This document shows, one piece after another, positions 28,287 to 36,818 of a DNA stretch of 64,000 nt (position 1 is the stretch's first letter; each line of letters begins with the position of its first letter). Under the pieces are notes generated by a model that was not told where the DNA came from, made no database searches, and worked only from the letters and a program-made list of their open reading frames with translations. A program made the translations under genes and the position numbers. Source of the stretch: Candidatus Rariloculus sp. (lineage in GTDB: Bacteria; Pseudomonadota; Gammaproteobacteria; Steroidobacterales; Rariloculaceae); assembly GCF_965263005.1 (NCBI RefSeq), contig NZ_OZ253579.1, forward strand, positions 1,731,668 to 1,795,667, given 5' to 3'.

Positions 28287-29486
28287 ATGTCCAGAATGAT
28301 TGCCGCGGCCTTTGCGGCCCTTGTGTTTGCAGGCTCCGCATCGGCCCACCATGGTTTCGGCCGCTTCGATCGAAGCCGTGAGATCCAGGTCGAGGGGACG
28401 GTGACGGGGATCGACTTCGTCAATCCGCACGCCTACGTGTATTTCGATGCCGTCGGGCCGGACGGCGAAGTCCTCGAGATGCGTTGCGAAATGCGCGCCG
28501 CGACCGTGCTGCGACGCTCCGGCTGGTCAGCCGAGATGTTCGTCGACGGCACGCACATCGCGGTCGACGGCCGCCCGCATCGCGACGACCCGGCCTCGTG
28601 CTACGTGGAGACGCTCGCGCTCGGCGACGATGAGATCCTCGAGCGCTACCAGCAACTTGGCGAAGCGGCAGCTCCGGCCGAGCGTGCCGACCGGCCCGCA
28701 CGTTTGCCGAGCGGCGTGCCCAACCTTGCCGGCGATTGGGCGCAGGAACAGTACCTCATGGCGCGCCCGCCCCGGGGCGGCGGCGCGCTCGTGCCGAAGA
28801 GCCTGATCGAGGCCGTCAACGCCGGCGAGATCGCACCCGAGGATGTTCCCGAATCGGACTGGGGCGCCCGTCCGGTGACCTATACAGAAGCCGGCATGGC
28901 AGCCGCCGTCGAACGCGCCAACGCGCCGCCAGGATCGGCGCCGCGCCTGCGCTGCGAGATCACGAGCATCCTGTTCGACTGGACCTTCGACGGTCCTATC
29001 AATCGCATCACTCAGAGCGAGGATACGATCACGATCGAGTATGGCCGCGGTCTGACCCGCACCGTCCATATGGACATGGAAGATCACCCGGCGACGATCG
29101 TGCCCAGTCGCGGCGGGCATTCGATCGGCCGCTGGGACGGCGACACGCTGGTCGTCGACACGGTCGGATTCGAGCCCGGCATCCTCGCGGGAATGGCGCC
29201 CATTGTATCGGCGACGACGATCGACGACGACGCGGCCGGAATCGAGCCCGCCACGTCCGCCGGACCTGTTACCCACAGCGGCGAGCTGCACGTCGTCGAA
29301 CGCTTCACGCTCGATCCGGAAACGATGGCGCTGAAGCGCGATTACGCCGCCGAGGATGCCCTGTATTTTGCCGACCCATATGTCGGCTCCGCCGTCGTGT
29401 TCCCGGCCGACGCACAGTTCGCGGTCGATCAATGCAAGGAGTTGGCCTACGAGTACATCACGCCCGCGGAGGGCGAGGGGCAATAG
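28287..29486 (+). CDS. secreted fusion protein: A|HH...NPH module + 'GxWxGDTLV' two-Cys module (family member P1)
   Basis: In ORF 28248..29486. GGGGAGA RBS precedes ATG 28287. Signal peptide MSRMIAAAFAALVFAGSASA|HHGFGRFD...VNPHAYVYFD. C-terminal part has HSIGRWDGDTLVVDTVGF...HSGELHVVERF...DQC. Confidence 0.8.
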   Translation: MSRMIAAAFAALVFAGSASAHHGFGRFDRSREIQVEGTVTGIDFVNPHAYVYFDAVGPDGEVLEMRCEMRAATVLRRSGWSAEMFVDGTHIAVDGRPHRDDPASCYVETLALGDDEILERYQQLGEAAAPAERADRPARLPSGVPNLAGDWAQEQYLMARPPRGGGALVPKSLIEAVNAGEIAPEDVPESDWGARPVTYTEAGMAAAVERANAPPGSAPRLRCEITSILFDWTFDGPINRITQSEDTITIEYGRGLTRTVHMDMEDHPATIVPSRGGHSIGRWDGDTLVVDTVGFEPGILAGMAPIVSATTIDDDAAGIEPATSAGPVTHSGELHVVERFTLDPETMALKRDYAAEDALYFADPYVGSAVVFPADAQFAVDQCKELAYEYITPAEGEGQ

Positions 29487-29735
29487 CCGGCGCCTGGACA
29501 CCGACCGCAAATGTGGCGCAATTTCCTTGGAGCCTGCCGGTGGCCCGCAATATCCGTCTGCGCGTTTCTGCTGGCTACGGCCGACGCAGACGACCGCTCA
29601 GTGGCGCCGAAGGTATCCGAATTTCAGTTTGCCCGACTGGCTTTCGGCGCTGCTGTTGCCGGCCGTGTAACCCGCCACAAGCGGGGCGAACAGCGCCGCC
29701 AGTCAACTTCCGATTCCACCGGTCGTGTCGCCTAC

Positions 29736-30188
29736 CTATTGCTCGGCCGAGCCGATGAATGTTTTGCTGATAATTTTCCACCCCGTTCCATCATCGATCA
29801 GATGAAAGTAATTGGTGAAACTCATGTTGCCAGGAAATCCCGTTTCCGTGAGCGTCACCGCGGCCACCTGCCCATCCATCTCGACGCTGACGATTTGCGA
29901 CCGATACTCCGCGCCTGAGTCCCTCAGCCGAAGGTTTTCCATGTCCTCGATAAACGGCGTGGGGTCGGCCACGATCAGTTGATCGCCGAGGTAGCCGTTC
30001 ATGACCGCTCTGTCATGGAACACGCTGCGCAGTTTGTCGCCATCCCCCTCGTACGTTCCCTGCGTGTACAACTCGATTACCTCGTCAATGCTTGCCGCTT
30101 CAGGTGCTGGCGCCTGCGGGTACCCAATCGCGGGCAGCAACAGCGATGACAGCAATACCGCGCCAATCCACTTCTCGACCAAATTCAT
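29736..30188 (-). CDS. NTF2/SnoaL-like (lumazine-binding-like) secreted protein
   Basis: 150-aa ORF with signal peptide. IELYTQGTYEGDGDKLRSVFHDRAVMNGY...NYFHLIDDGTGWKIISKTF is typical of the NTF2-fold 'putative lumazine-binding' family. Confidence 0.65.
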   Translation of the reverse strand: MNLVEKWIGAVLLSSLLLPAIGYPQAPAPEAASIDEVIELYTQGTYEGDGDKLRSVFHDRAVMNGYLGDQLIVADPTPFIEDMENLRLRDSGAEYRSQIVSVEMDGQVAAVTLTETGFPGNMSFTNYFHLIDDGTGWKIISKTFIGSAEQ

Positions 30189-30207
30189 TTTCTATCCCCT
30201 CATCGAA

Positions 30208-30375
30208 CTATTGGGCGATGACTCCAATACACTCGATCTTCACGCGACCGCCGAGCGCCAGACCGCTCGTCCCCAAGACGCTTCGCGCCGGCAGATTTTC
30301 GCCGAAGAACATCACGTGGACCACGTTCATCTGATCCCATTTTGCCATGTCCGCAAGTAAAACGCGCACTTCACG
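30208..30375 (-). pseudogene. RidA/YjgF-family C-terminal fragment (5'-truncated)
   Basis: The last ~55 aa of ORF 30208..30486 read VLLADMAKWDQMNVVHVMFFGENLPARSVLGTSGLALGGRVKIECIGVIAQ (PARS...VEIE-type C-terminus). The N-terminal ~70 aa are missing and are replaced by IS-end sequence at ~30392. Confidence 0.65.
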
Positions 30376-30391
30376 ACCCGCTCCATGGACT

Positions 30392-30433
30392 GCTCGGCGA
30401 TGGGGATGTCGGCATATGAGGTACACGGCCCCG
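30392..30433 (+). mobile_element. ~41-bp remnant of an IS left end (5' UTR plus first 6 transposase codons)
   Basis: GCTCGGCGATGGGGATGTCGGCATATGAGGTACACGGCCCCG matches the reverse complement of 43927-43968 with 3-4 mismatches. That region is the start of the transposase fragment MRYTAP.... Confidence 0.6.
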
Positions 30434-30614
30434 TGGACAAGGCATGCACAACTCCGCCAGTGGCGAGACCCAACGCAAGACTTCAAGAGTTGAATCTGGC
30501 AGCATATTGAGGAACAACGGATTCCACCTTAAATTAGCTGCCAAACTGTCCAGCGTTTGGCGTCCACTTCTCCTACGCGAACTGTCACCCTGAACACGCT
30601 GGAGGGCGCCGTAC

Positions 30615-31685
30615 ATGAACGTTGCGAGAATCTCAGGCTACCTTGCGTTTAGGACGGTAATTGCCGCAGCTCTCGGCCTGCTAATTGCTTCGCAATTGGC
30701 GGGCTGCTCGCGAGGTATCGGCACCGCTCCAGATAGCGATTCGCTGTATGCGCTGGGCGAGGCGGAGCGAAATGAAATATCACCCGAGCTGGCGCCAATC
30801 TTCAATCGCGAAGGTTTGCCAAGGTCGTCTAACATCATCACCGTTTACCACAGTGACGGATACGAACACCGCATTGCAGAAGTTCGCGAACTGGTCGTAG
30901 AGGGCATGGACTTCTACAACAGTAAGCTGGGAATCGACAAGGTTGTCAATGTCGCAATCTTGGATCGAGGAGATTGGCAAGTGGTCAGCGGAGACTTGCC
31001 GTACGGTCTTCCATTCGTTTCGGGGTTTGATGATCCAATTGTTGTCCTTCCGGCGACCGATGATGGCGTTTTGGGGATCGGTGCCAACGCCATGAAGCAA
31101 TACGCGTCGACGGAAACAATGGCGAAACTTTCTGATGTGGGCATGGATTTCGAAAAAGGCGCGCGATTGTTCGTCAACGCAATCGCGCTGCATGAACTTG
31201 GTCATGTCTACGGTGATCTGTATCGCATTCAACCGCGAACCAACTGGTTCGCGGAGTTCCTGGCGACCTACATTGGCTATGTTTTTCTTCGCGATCGCCG
31301 CCCCGAACTCGCGACGGTGTTCGAAGTGTACGCATTTCACCTCAACAATGACGCGCCGGGTCCACAGGACCGAAGTCTAACGCGATTTGAGCGGGAATAC
31401 GGCGGCGTTGGACCCGACGATTACGCTTGGTATCAGGGCATGTTTCTCGATCTCGCAATACGGCTCTACGATGATCATGGCGTCGGCTTGCTGGACGAGT
31501 TCGGGCAGCATTTTCCCCCGGAAGACGGCGGGATCACGTTCGATCTACCGGACGATCGTGATCGGGACTACCTCGAGAGAGAACTTGACGTCTTGGATAA
31601 GATCAGCCCGAAGATACGGGACTGGGCCGAGCGTCTGCAGGCAGCCGCGCTTGCACAGACGGTGGGAACATCGGAAAGCAGATGA
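30615..31685 (+). CDS. lipoprotein with HExxH zinc-metallopeptidase motif
   Basis: 356-aa ORF. Lipobox QLAGC. ALHELGHVYGD (HExxH). Visibly lower GC than its surroundings. No closer family recognised. Confidence 0.7.
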   Translation: MNVARISGYLAFRTVIAAALGLLIASQLAGCSRGIGTAPDSDSLYALGEAERNEISPELAPIFNREGLPRSSNIITVYHSDGYEHRIAEVRELVVEGMDFYNSKLGIDKVVNVAILDRGDWQVVSGDLPYGLPFVSGFDDPIVVLPATDDGVLGIGANAMKQYASTETMAKLSDVGMDFEKGARLFVNAIALHELGHVYGDLYRIQPRTNWFAEFLATYIGYVFLRDRRPELATVFEVYAFHLNNDAPGPQDRSLTRFEREYGGVGPDDYAWYQGMFLDLAIRLYDDHGVGLLDEFGQHFPPEDGGITFDLPDDRDRDYLERELDVLDKISPKIRDWAERLQAAALAQTVGTSESR

Positions 31686-31799
31686 CGTTCCAGGGCGATG
31701 CGACGGGCAGGCTGAGATTTGCAAAGCCGGCCTATTCCACACTCAATCCGCCCAGATGCGGTCCTGCAGCGAGACTAATGGGCAACATAGAGCCTGGCA

Positions 31800-31950
31800 T
31801 CGCGAGCGAACGACCCTTCCGGTCGATCGCGCTGAGCACGCTTTTTTTCAGCAGCCGGTTCTCGAGCATCATCTCGGCCAGGAGTTCTTTTAGCTGAACG
31901 GCCTGGCGCCATTGGCGGATGCGCGGCTCGTCGATGCGCAGATGGCCGGC
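31800..31950 (-). mobile_element. IS3-family OrfA (leucine-zipper region) remnant
   Basis: Within ORF 31732..32247. IRQWRQAVQLKELLAEMMLENRLLKKSV resembles the ...LKKLLAEAMLDNAALK... C-terminus of IS3/IS407-group OrfA. No intact transposase follows. Confidence 0.45.
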
Positions 31951-32071
31951 TTGGAAGCGACCGTCGCGAATCGGTCCTGCGCGAGTGGCGGACACGTGGC
32001 CGGCCCATCTGTGAGTGGCCGATGTGGTACCGTCCGGCGTATCGACGATGCATGCTGGCAGGAGTACGAAC

Positions 32072-32474
32072 ATGAGCGGATTTCTGTCGCGGCGGGAGAT
32101 GCTCAAGCGCGCGGCTCGATGCCGTCGACGCGCATGCACGCGATACGGCCGGTCAGCCGTTCGCGGAACTCGCCGCAAACCAGCAGGACGCGGTGCTCGG
32201 TGACCTCGAACAGAACGTCGGCGACGGATTCGAGCCTGACGCCGCAACGTTCTTCGACATGGTCCTGCAGCACACGATAGAGGGAACGTTCTCTGACCCG
32301 CAGTACGGCGGCAATCGCGACTTCATCGGTTGGGAGATGCTCGGCTACCCGGGGCTGCGTCTCGCCGTCGGCCCGAACGAACAGACAATGGATGCGCGTC
32401 CCGAGATGACGCGGCTCTCCGCCTACGATCTGCCGATGTTCGATTCGCCCGACAGCGAGGGTGACTCGCCGTGA
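32072..32474 (+). pseudogene. gluconate 2-dehydrogenase subunit-3-family protein, frameshifted or internally deleted
   Basis: The Tat signal MSGFLSRREMLKRAA (ATG 32072) is in a different frame from the conserved C-terminal part ...FFDMVLQHTIEGTFSDPQYGGNRDFIGWEMLGYPG (ORF 32193..32474). Confidence 0.6.
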
Positions 32475-33055
32475 CCGTCACGCTTGCGGGCACGGATGTC
32501 GCCGTCATCGGCCTCGGGGGCGTCGGCGGCGTGGCCGTGCTGCCGCTCGCAGAAGCTGGAATGGACGTCGTCGGGCTCGAAGCGGGCACCTGGCGATCGG
32601 CGAGCGACTTCGCGCCGGACGAGTTGCGCAACAACTACCGCGGCTGGCCGCAGGCCGCGCAGAAGGCCAATCGCGAGATTCCCGTGCATCGGCCGAACGC
32701 GTCGGCGCCGGATTCGCCACGCGGCAGCGTCCATCCGATGATGAACGGCGTCGGCGGCACGACGCTGCATTACTGGGCGCAGAGCTGGCGGCTCAATCCC
32801 TGGGACTTCCGGGTCGTCAGCGAGACGACGCGCTGCTACGGGGCGGCACGCATTCCTGCCGGCTCTACCGTCGAGGACTGGCCGTTCGGCCTCGAGGAAC
32901 TCGAGCCGCACTACGACCGCGTCGAGCGCGAGGTCGGCGTTTCGGGGCAGGCCGGCAATGTCAACGGCGCCATCGACGAGCGCGGCAACGTCTCGGACTT
33001 GCCCGAAGGCCGGTTGAGGCGAACAACGCTTCGTCTGCCAACGCTGCAAGCCTGA
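32471..33055 (+). pseudogene. GMC-family flavoprotein oxidoreductase, N-terminal third only
   Basis: 194-aa ORF. FAD fold DVAVIGLGGVGGVAVLPLAEAGMDVVGLEAG. Family similarity ends near ...GNVNGAIDERGNV (~32990). Full-length homologues are ~550 aa. Confidence 0.65.
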
Positions 33056-33184
33056 TCGCCCCCACCGCTGTCCGTCAGTTGCACAAAGATTGCGTGCCAG
33101 TCACCGGCGCCATGCTGCAGGACGTACGGACGGAAAGGAATACGCTATGCTTACCGAGATCAGCTCGCAGCGAGGAGGCATCGC

Positions 33185-33589
33185 ATGCGTGTCGTAGGAA
33201 TCCTCTCGATTGTCGCTTCCTTCGGGTTTGCCGCGGCGCCATCGACTCTGGCGCATCATTCGTTCGCAGCGCAGTTCGACCCGACCAAGCCCGTCACCCT
33301 TGAAGGAACGGTTACCAAGGTCGAGTGGCGAAACCCCCATATCTGGGTATACCTGGACGTCACCGACGCCGATGGCGCTGTGACTTCCTGGGAATGTGAA
33401 GGCGGGGCGCCGAACGCACTCACAAGACGGGGATGGAGCAGCCAAACCTTGAAGCCCGGCTCCACGCTCGAGATTCATGGCTACCTCGCAAGAAACGGGA
33501 CCAATACCTGCAACGCTCGAACGTGGATCTATGAGGGTCGAACCGTGTTCGCTGGGGAAGCCAGCGACGGCGGCCCCTCGCCTGATTAG
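33185..33589 (+). CDS. small secreted A|HH...NPH module protein (DUF6152-like)
   Basis: 134-aa ORF. Signal peptide ...APSTLA|HHSFAAQFDPTKPVTLEGTVTKVEWRNPHIWVYLDV...RRGW...KPGSTLEIHG. Confidence 0.8.
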   Translation: MRVVGILSIVASFGFAAAPSTLAHHSFAAQFDPTKPVTLEGTVTKVEWRNPHIWVYLDVTDADGAVTSWECEGGAPNALTRRGWSSQTLKPGSTLEIHGYLARNGTNTCNARTWIYEGRTVFAGEASDGGPSPD

Positions 33590-33620
33590 AGCCAAAGTCT
33601 TCCGTAACGGAGAACCTCCG

Positions 33621-34457
33621 ATGAGACACGCAAGTTTAGTCGTCACCAGCTCGGTCACGATGGCTGCGGCCTTGAACCTCTGGTTCCTCGCAGTGTCGCC
33701 GGCGTTCGCACAACGTGCCGTGTACGAGCGCAACGTTGTCCTTACGGAACAACCCGAGCCGGACGGCACGCCTGTTCCACGAACGGCTGACGGGCGCGCG
33801 GACCTCAGCGGAGTCTGGAACAAGGCGATTCACCAAAACACCGCTGCGCCCGTCGAACCGCTGCCTTTCACGCCGGACGGGCTGAAAGCGTTCAACGACG
33901 TGGCGAACATCATCGATCCCACGGCGCGCTGCATCCTTCCTGGCGTGCCGCGCGTCAACAACTCACCGTACCCGATGCAAATCATGCAGATGCCGGACCG
34001 GGTCGTCTTTGTCTATGAGTACATGCATAACTTCCGGGTGATCTATACGGACGGGCGTGGCCACCGTGAGAACTGGGAGGCTTCCCTGATGGGTGACTCG
34101 ATCGGCCGCTGGGATGGCGACACGCTCGTGATCGATACGGTAAACCTGACCGATCGAACACGTCTCGATGATCACGGCAACGTGCACAGCGACGCACTGC
34201 ACGTGATCGAGCGCTGGCGTCGCATCAGTGCGAACGAGCTGTGGTACGAAGCGACGATAGACGACCAGAAGTACTACACGGAGCCCTGGACAACCGGTTA
34301 CGTCATTCCTCTGGCCCCGCCGGATTGGGAGATCATGGAATACGCATGCACCGACAACAACAAGGACCTGTACGACGGCCACCTGCAGCCTGGCTCTCTC
34401 AGCGGATCGGGGCGGGATGGCACGGCGCTCGCTACGCCACCGATTTCGAGGGAGTGA
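33621..34457 (+). CDS. secreted 'GxWxGDTLV' two-Cys module protein (family member P2)
   Basis: In ORF 33477..34457. GGAGA RBS precedes ATG 33621. Signal peptide. ARCILPGVPR...FRVIYTDGRGH...DSIGRWDGDTLVIDTVNL...HSDALHVIERWRRI...EYACTDNN. Confidence 0.8.
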   Translation: MRHASLVVTSSVTMAAALNLWFLAVSPAFAQRAVYERNVVLTEQPEPDGTPVPRTADGRADLSGVWNKAIHQNTAAPVEPLPFTPDGLKAFNDVANIIDPTARCILPGVPRVNNSPYPMQIMQMPDRVVFVYEYMHNFRVIYTDGRGHRENWEASLMGDSIGRWDGDTLVIDTVNLTDRTRLDDHGNVHSDALHVIERWRRISANELWYEATIDDQKYYTEPWTTGYVIPLAPPDWEIMEYACTDNNKDLYDGHLQPGSLSGSGRDGTALATPPISRE

Positions 34458-34643
34458 CCGGCGCGCAGGCAGTAGCGCCATCGGGCTGCAGATTGAGCGC
34501 AGTCGGACTTGCCCGCGGGCCGGTCGAAGCGTATAACGCGCCGTCAGTCACGCGAAACGCTTGCGACCGCATCGACGAAACTGAAGGCTCTCCCGAGGCC
34601 TTCTTTGCATGTTTCTGATGTCGTAGATATTTTTCGTTTAAAT

Positions 34644-34720
34644 CGGGGTGTAGCTCAGCCTGGTAGAGCACTGTCTTCGGGAGGCAGGGGCCGGAGGTTC
34701 AAATCCTCTCACCCCGACCA
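34644..34720 (+). tRNA. tRNA-Pro (anticodon CGG)
   Basis: 77 nt, folded by hand. Acceptor CGGGGTG/CACCCCG, D arm GCTC...GAGC, anticodon stem CTGTC/GGCAG with loop TTCGGGA (CGG), T arm GGAGG-TTCAAAT-CCTCT, encoded CCA. Close to E. coli proK. Confidence 0.93.
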
Positions 34721-34788
34721 ATCCAGACACGAGCGCACGCTCGTACGCGAATCCCTGAGCCGAGCGGCGAATCGGTTTTCGCGGCTCG

Positions 34789-35328
34789 CTATAGCTCCGC
34801 AGGCTCCACGATACTGAATCCGGCGACATCAACCGCCTGGCGCGAGACCGTGCCGAAGTAGCGGATGGCGCTGGCGCCGGCCACGGCGCCTGTCAATGCG
34901 CCGCTGACCATGGTCAGCCTCAGACTGGACGCGCCGGCCAGGTTGACGTGGGCATCGATGAAGACAAAGCCATCCAGCTCGATATCGCCGGCCCCGGCCA
35001 GCGACAGGTCGAGTTCGTCATAGCGACTGTCATTGCCGACTATTCGGGTCGCGCCGGCGACATCGATCAAGAGGCGCTCGCCTTCGAAGCCGGAGAGCGT
35101 CAGGTGGCTGCTGCCGGCCGCGTCCAGTTCCGCCAGCGCCGGCATGACGATTTCCGCGGAGAACTCGCTGCTCGACCGTCCGAAAAACGATCCCGGCTTC
35201 GCGCCGGTCAGGGTGAGCCGCTCGCCGCGCACGGATGCGTCGACGGATTCGACGCCATCGTCGGTAGAAAACAGGTCCACCTGCCAATCTTCACCTTGGG
35301 TTATGGTGACGGTCCACTGGCCTCCCAT
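34789..35328 (-). pseudogene. DUF2807 / head-GIN-domain protein lacking N-terminus
   Basis: 179-aa ORF. Repetitive beta-helix-like pattern (LTLSGFEG...IDVAGATRIVG...LSLAGAGDIELDG...VNLAGASSLRL). No signal peptide or N-terminal region. Abuts the GntR fragment in another frame. Confidence 0.5.
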
Positions 35329-35402
35329 TCGCCCTGCAGGATGCGGTCGCGGATCTGGTCCGCGATCTGCAGGTAAATGCTTCTGGGCTCGCTAAACTCC
35401 AT
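35301..35402 (-). pseudogene. GntR/YtrA-family regulator N-terminal ~25-aa fragment
   Basis: Manual translation from ATG 35402 gives MEFSEPRSIYLQIADQIRDRILQGEW..., the typical start of GntR wHTH regulators. It then runs into unrelated sequence and a stop. Confidence 0.45.
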
Positions 35403-35465
35403 CGCTGACCTGCGTCTCCCGAACTCTGAGCCAGGCGATCTTCCAGCACGCCATTGGCAGCAGGA

Positions 35466-35940
35466 TCACGAAGATCGTCTGGAGTGTCTCGCCCAACAAA
35501 GCCAGTCTCCGGTATAGACCAGGCCGTCAACTGCTTCGGGACGATGCCCGCTGACGGAAAAGCGCAGGTAGCCGCGCAGGTCAGACGCAGTCCGGTTCAG
35601 CAGCACGCGGCCCTCATGAACGATCACGATGCGATCCACAAGCGATTCCACATCCCTGACCTGGTGTGTCGAGACCACGATGGCCTGCTCTTCGTTGATC
35701 GCTTCGGCCACAAGGCGCCTGAAGATCCCCTTCGACGGGATGTCGAGGCCGTTGGTCGGCTCGTCCAGAAACATGAGCGAGGTGTTGCACGCCAGACCGA
35801 ATGCCAACAGGAACTTCTTCTGCTGGCCGTGCGAGAGTTGTGTCAATCTCCTGTCTTCGGGGATCTCGAACTCCTTGAGCTACCGTTGCATTCGGGTTTG
35901 ATCGAAATCCGGATAGAGAGGGAGCGCACGGCGACTTAGT
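35466..35940 (-). pseudogene. ABC transporter ATP-binding protein, C-terminal half with in-frame stop
   Basis: ORF 35466..35846 has the signature LSHGQQKK and Walker B LMFLDEPTNGLD. Upstream in frame: ...YPDFDQTRMQR*LKEFEIPEDRRLTQLSHG. The Walker A region is absent. Confidence 0.65.
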
Positions 35941-35987
35941 CGCGGTATTCTGCCGGGCTTTCGCTTTCGAGTGGACATGGACGAAGT

Positions 35988-36803
35988 CTAGAGGAAGCTG
36001 TGCGGCCATATCATCGTGCGCCACATGTGGGCGACAGGCGAACCGTCAAATCCGAGGCCCTCGCGTGGTTGCCTGAAGTTTCGGCCGACGACATCTTCGA
36101 ACTGATCGATCGAAAGGTCTGTGACGTTTGGATCGAACGCATACAGGTCATTGAGCATGATCAAACGTGCCGTCATGTACCAGCGGTGGTTGCGTGCCTC
36201 GTCGTACTCAGCCTGTACCCAGGGTTCGACTTCATAGGCCTCGCCGAACCAGGCGCGATAGCTCGCGGGGTAGTCATAACCTACGGCTTCGTCTGCGAAA
36301 AAGCGCAAGGCCTGGTGTTTTTGCACGGCCCAGGCAACTTCTTCATCGACGTAAGGTGCGATGAGTTGAGCGGCATAGAACCCGTGGTCCATCCGGATGA
36401 ACGCCTCGACGGAAATGTCGTGAAGGAGGCAGGCCAGGATGACCTTCTCGTCCATGCCCTCCTGCATAGCCAGATTTGCGCTCTGCAACAGGTGGGCAGG
36501 ATTGGCCATCCGGTGCCGAAATATGTCTAGCAGCGTCGGTCTCTCCGGCATTCGGGGCAGTCGCGGATCATCCATTCCGGCCATGTATTTCGACGGCGGT
36601 GCTCCTCCCTGCGAGTTCGATCCAGGCGGCGCCATCGAACGAGGCTCATCCGGCTCACACAGGAATGGTTTCTCTATGTGTCGCGCCAGGCCGTCGATCA
36701 TGACTCCTTCGAACGCTTCCGCGCGTTGACTGAGCGTCATTTCGGCGGTGAAAGTGGCTGCTGCCGCCGCGGCAGTGCAGTTCATGAAGGTGCGCCGATC
36801 CAT
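35988..36803 (-). CDS. Tat-signal HD-domain protein (PhnZ/MIOX-like superfamily, tentative)
   Basis: 271-aa ORF. MDRRTFMNCTAAAAAA (twin-Arg). HLLQSANLAMQEGMDEKVILACLLHDIS (HD motif). 15 nt downstream of the TonB receptor gene. Confidence 0.65.
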   Translation of the reverse strand: MDRRTFMNCTAAAAAATFTAEMTLSQRAEAFEGVMIDGLARHIEKPFLCEPDEPRSMAPPGSNSQGGAPPSKYMAGMDDPRLPRMPERPTLLDIFRHRMANPAHLLQSANLAMQEGMDEKVILACLLHDISVEAFIRMDHGFYAAQLIAPYVDEEVAWAVQKHQALRFFADEAVGYDYPASYRAWFGEAYEVEPWVQAEYDEARNHRWYMTARLIMLNDLYAFDPNVTDLSIDQFEDVVGRNFRQPREGLGFDGSPVAHMWRTMIWPHSFL

Positions 36804-36818
36804 CGTGTAATCCAGGAG

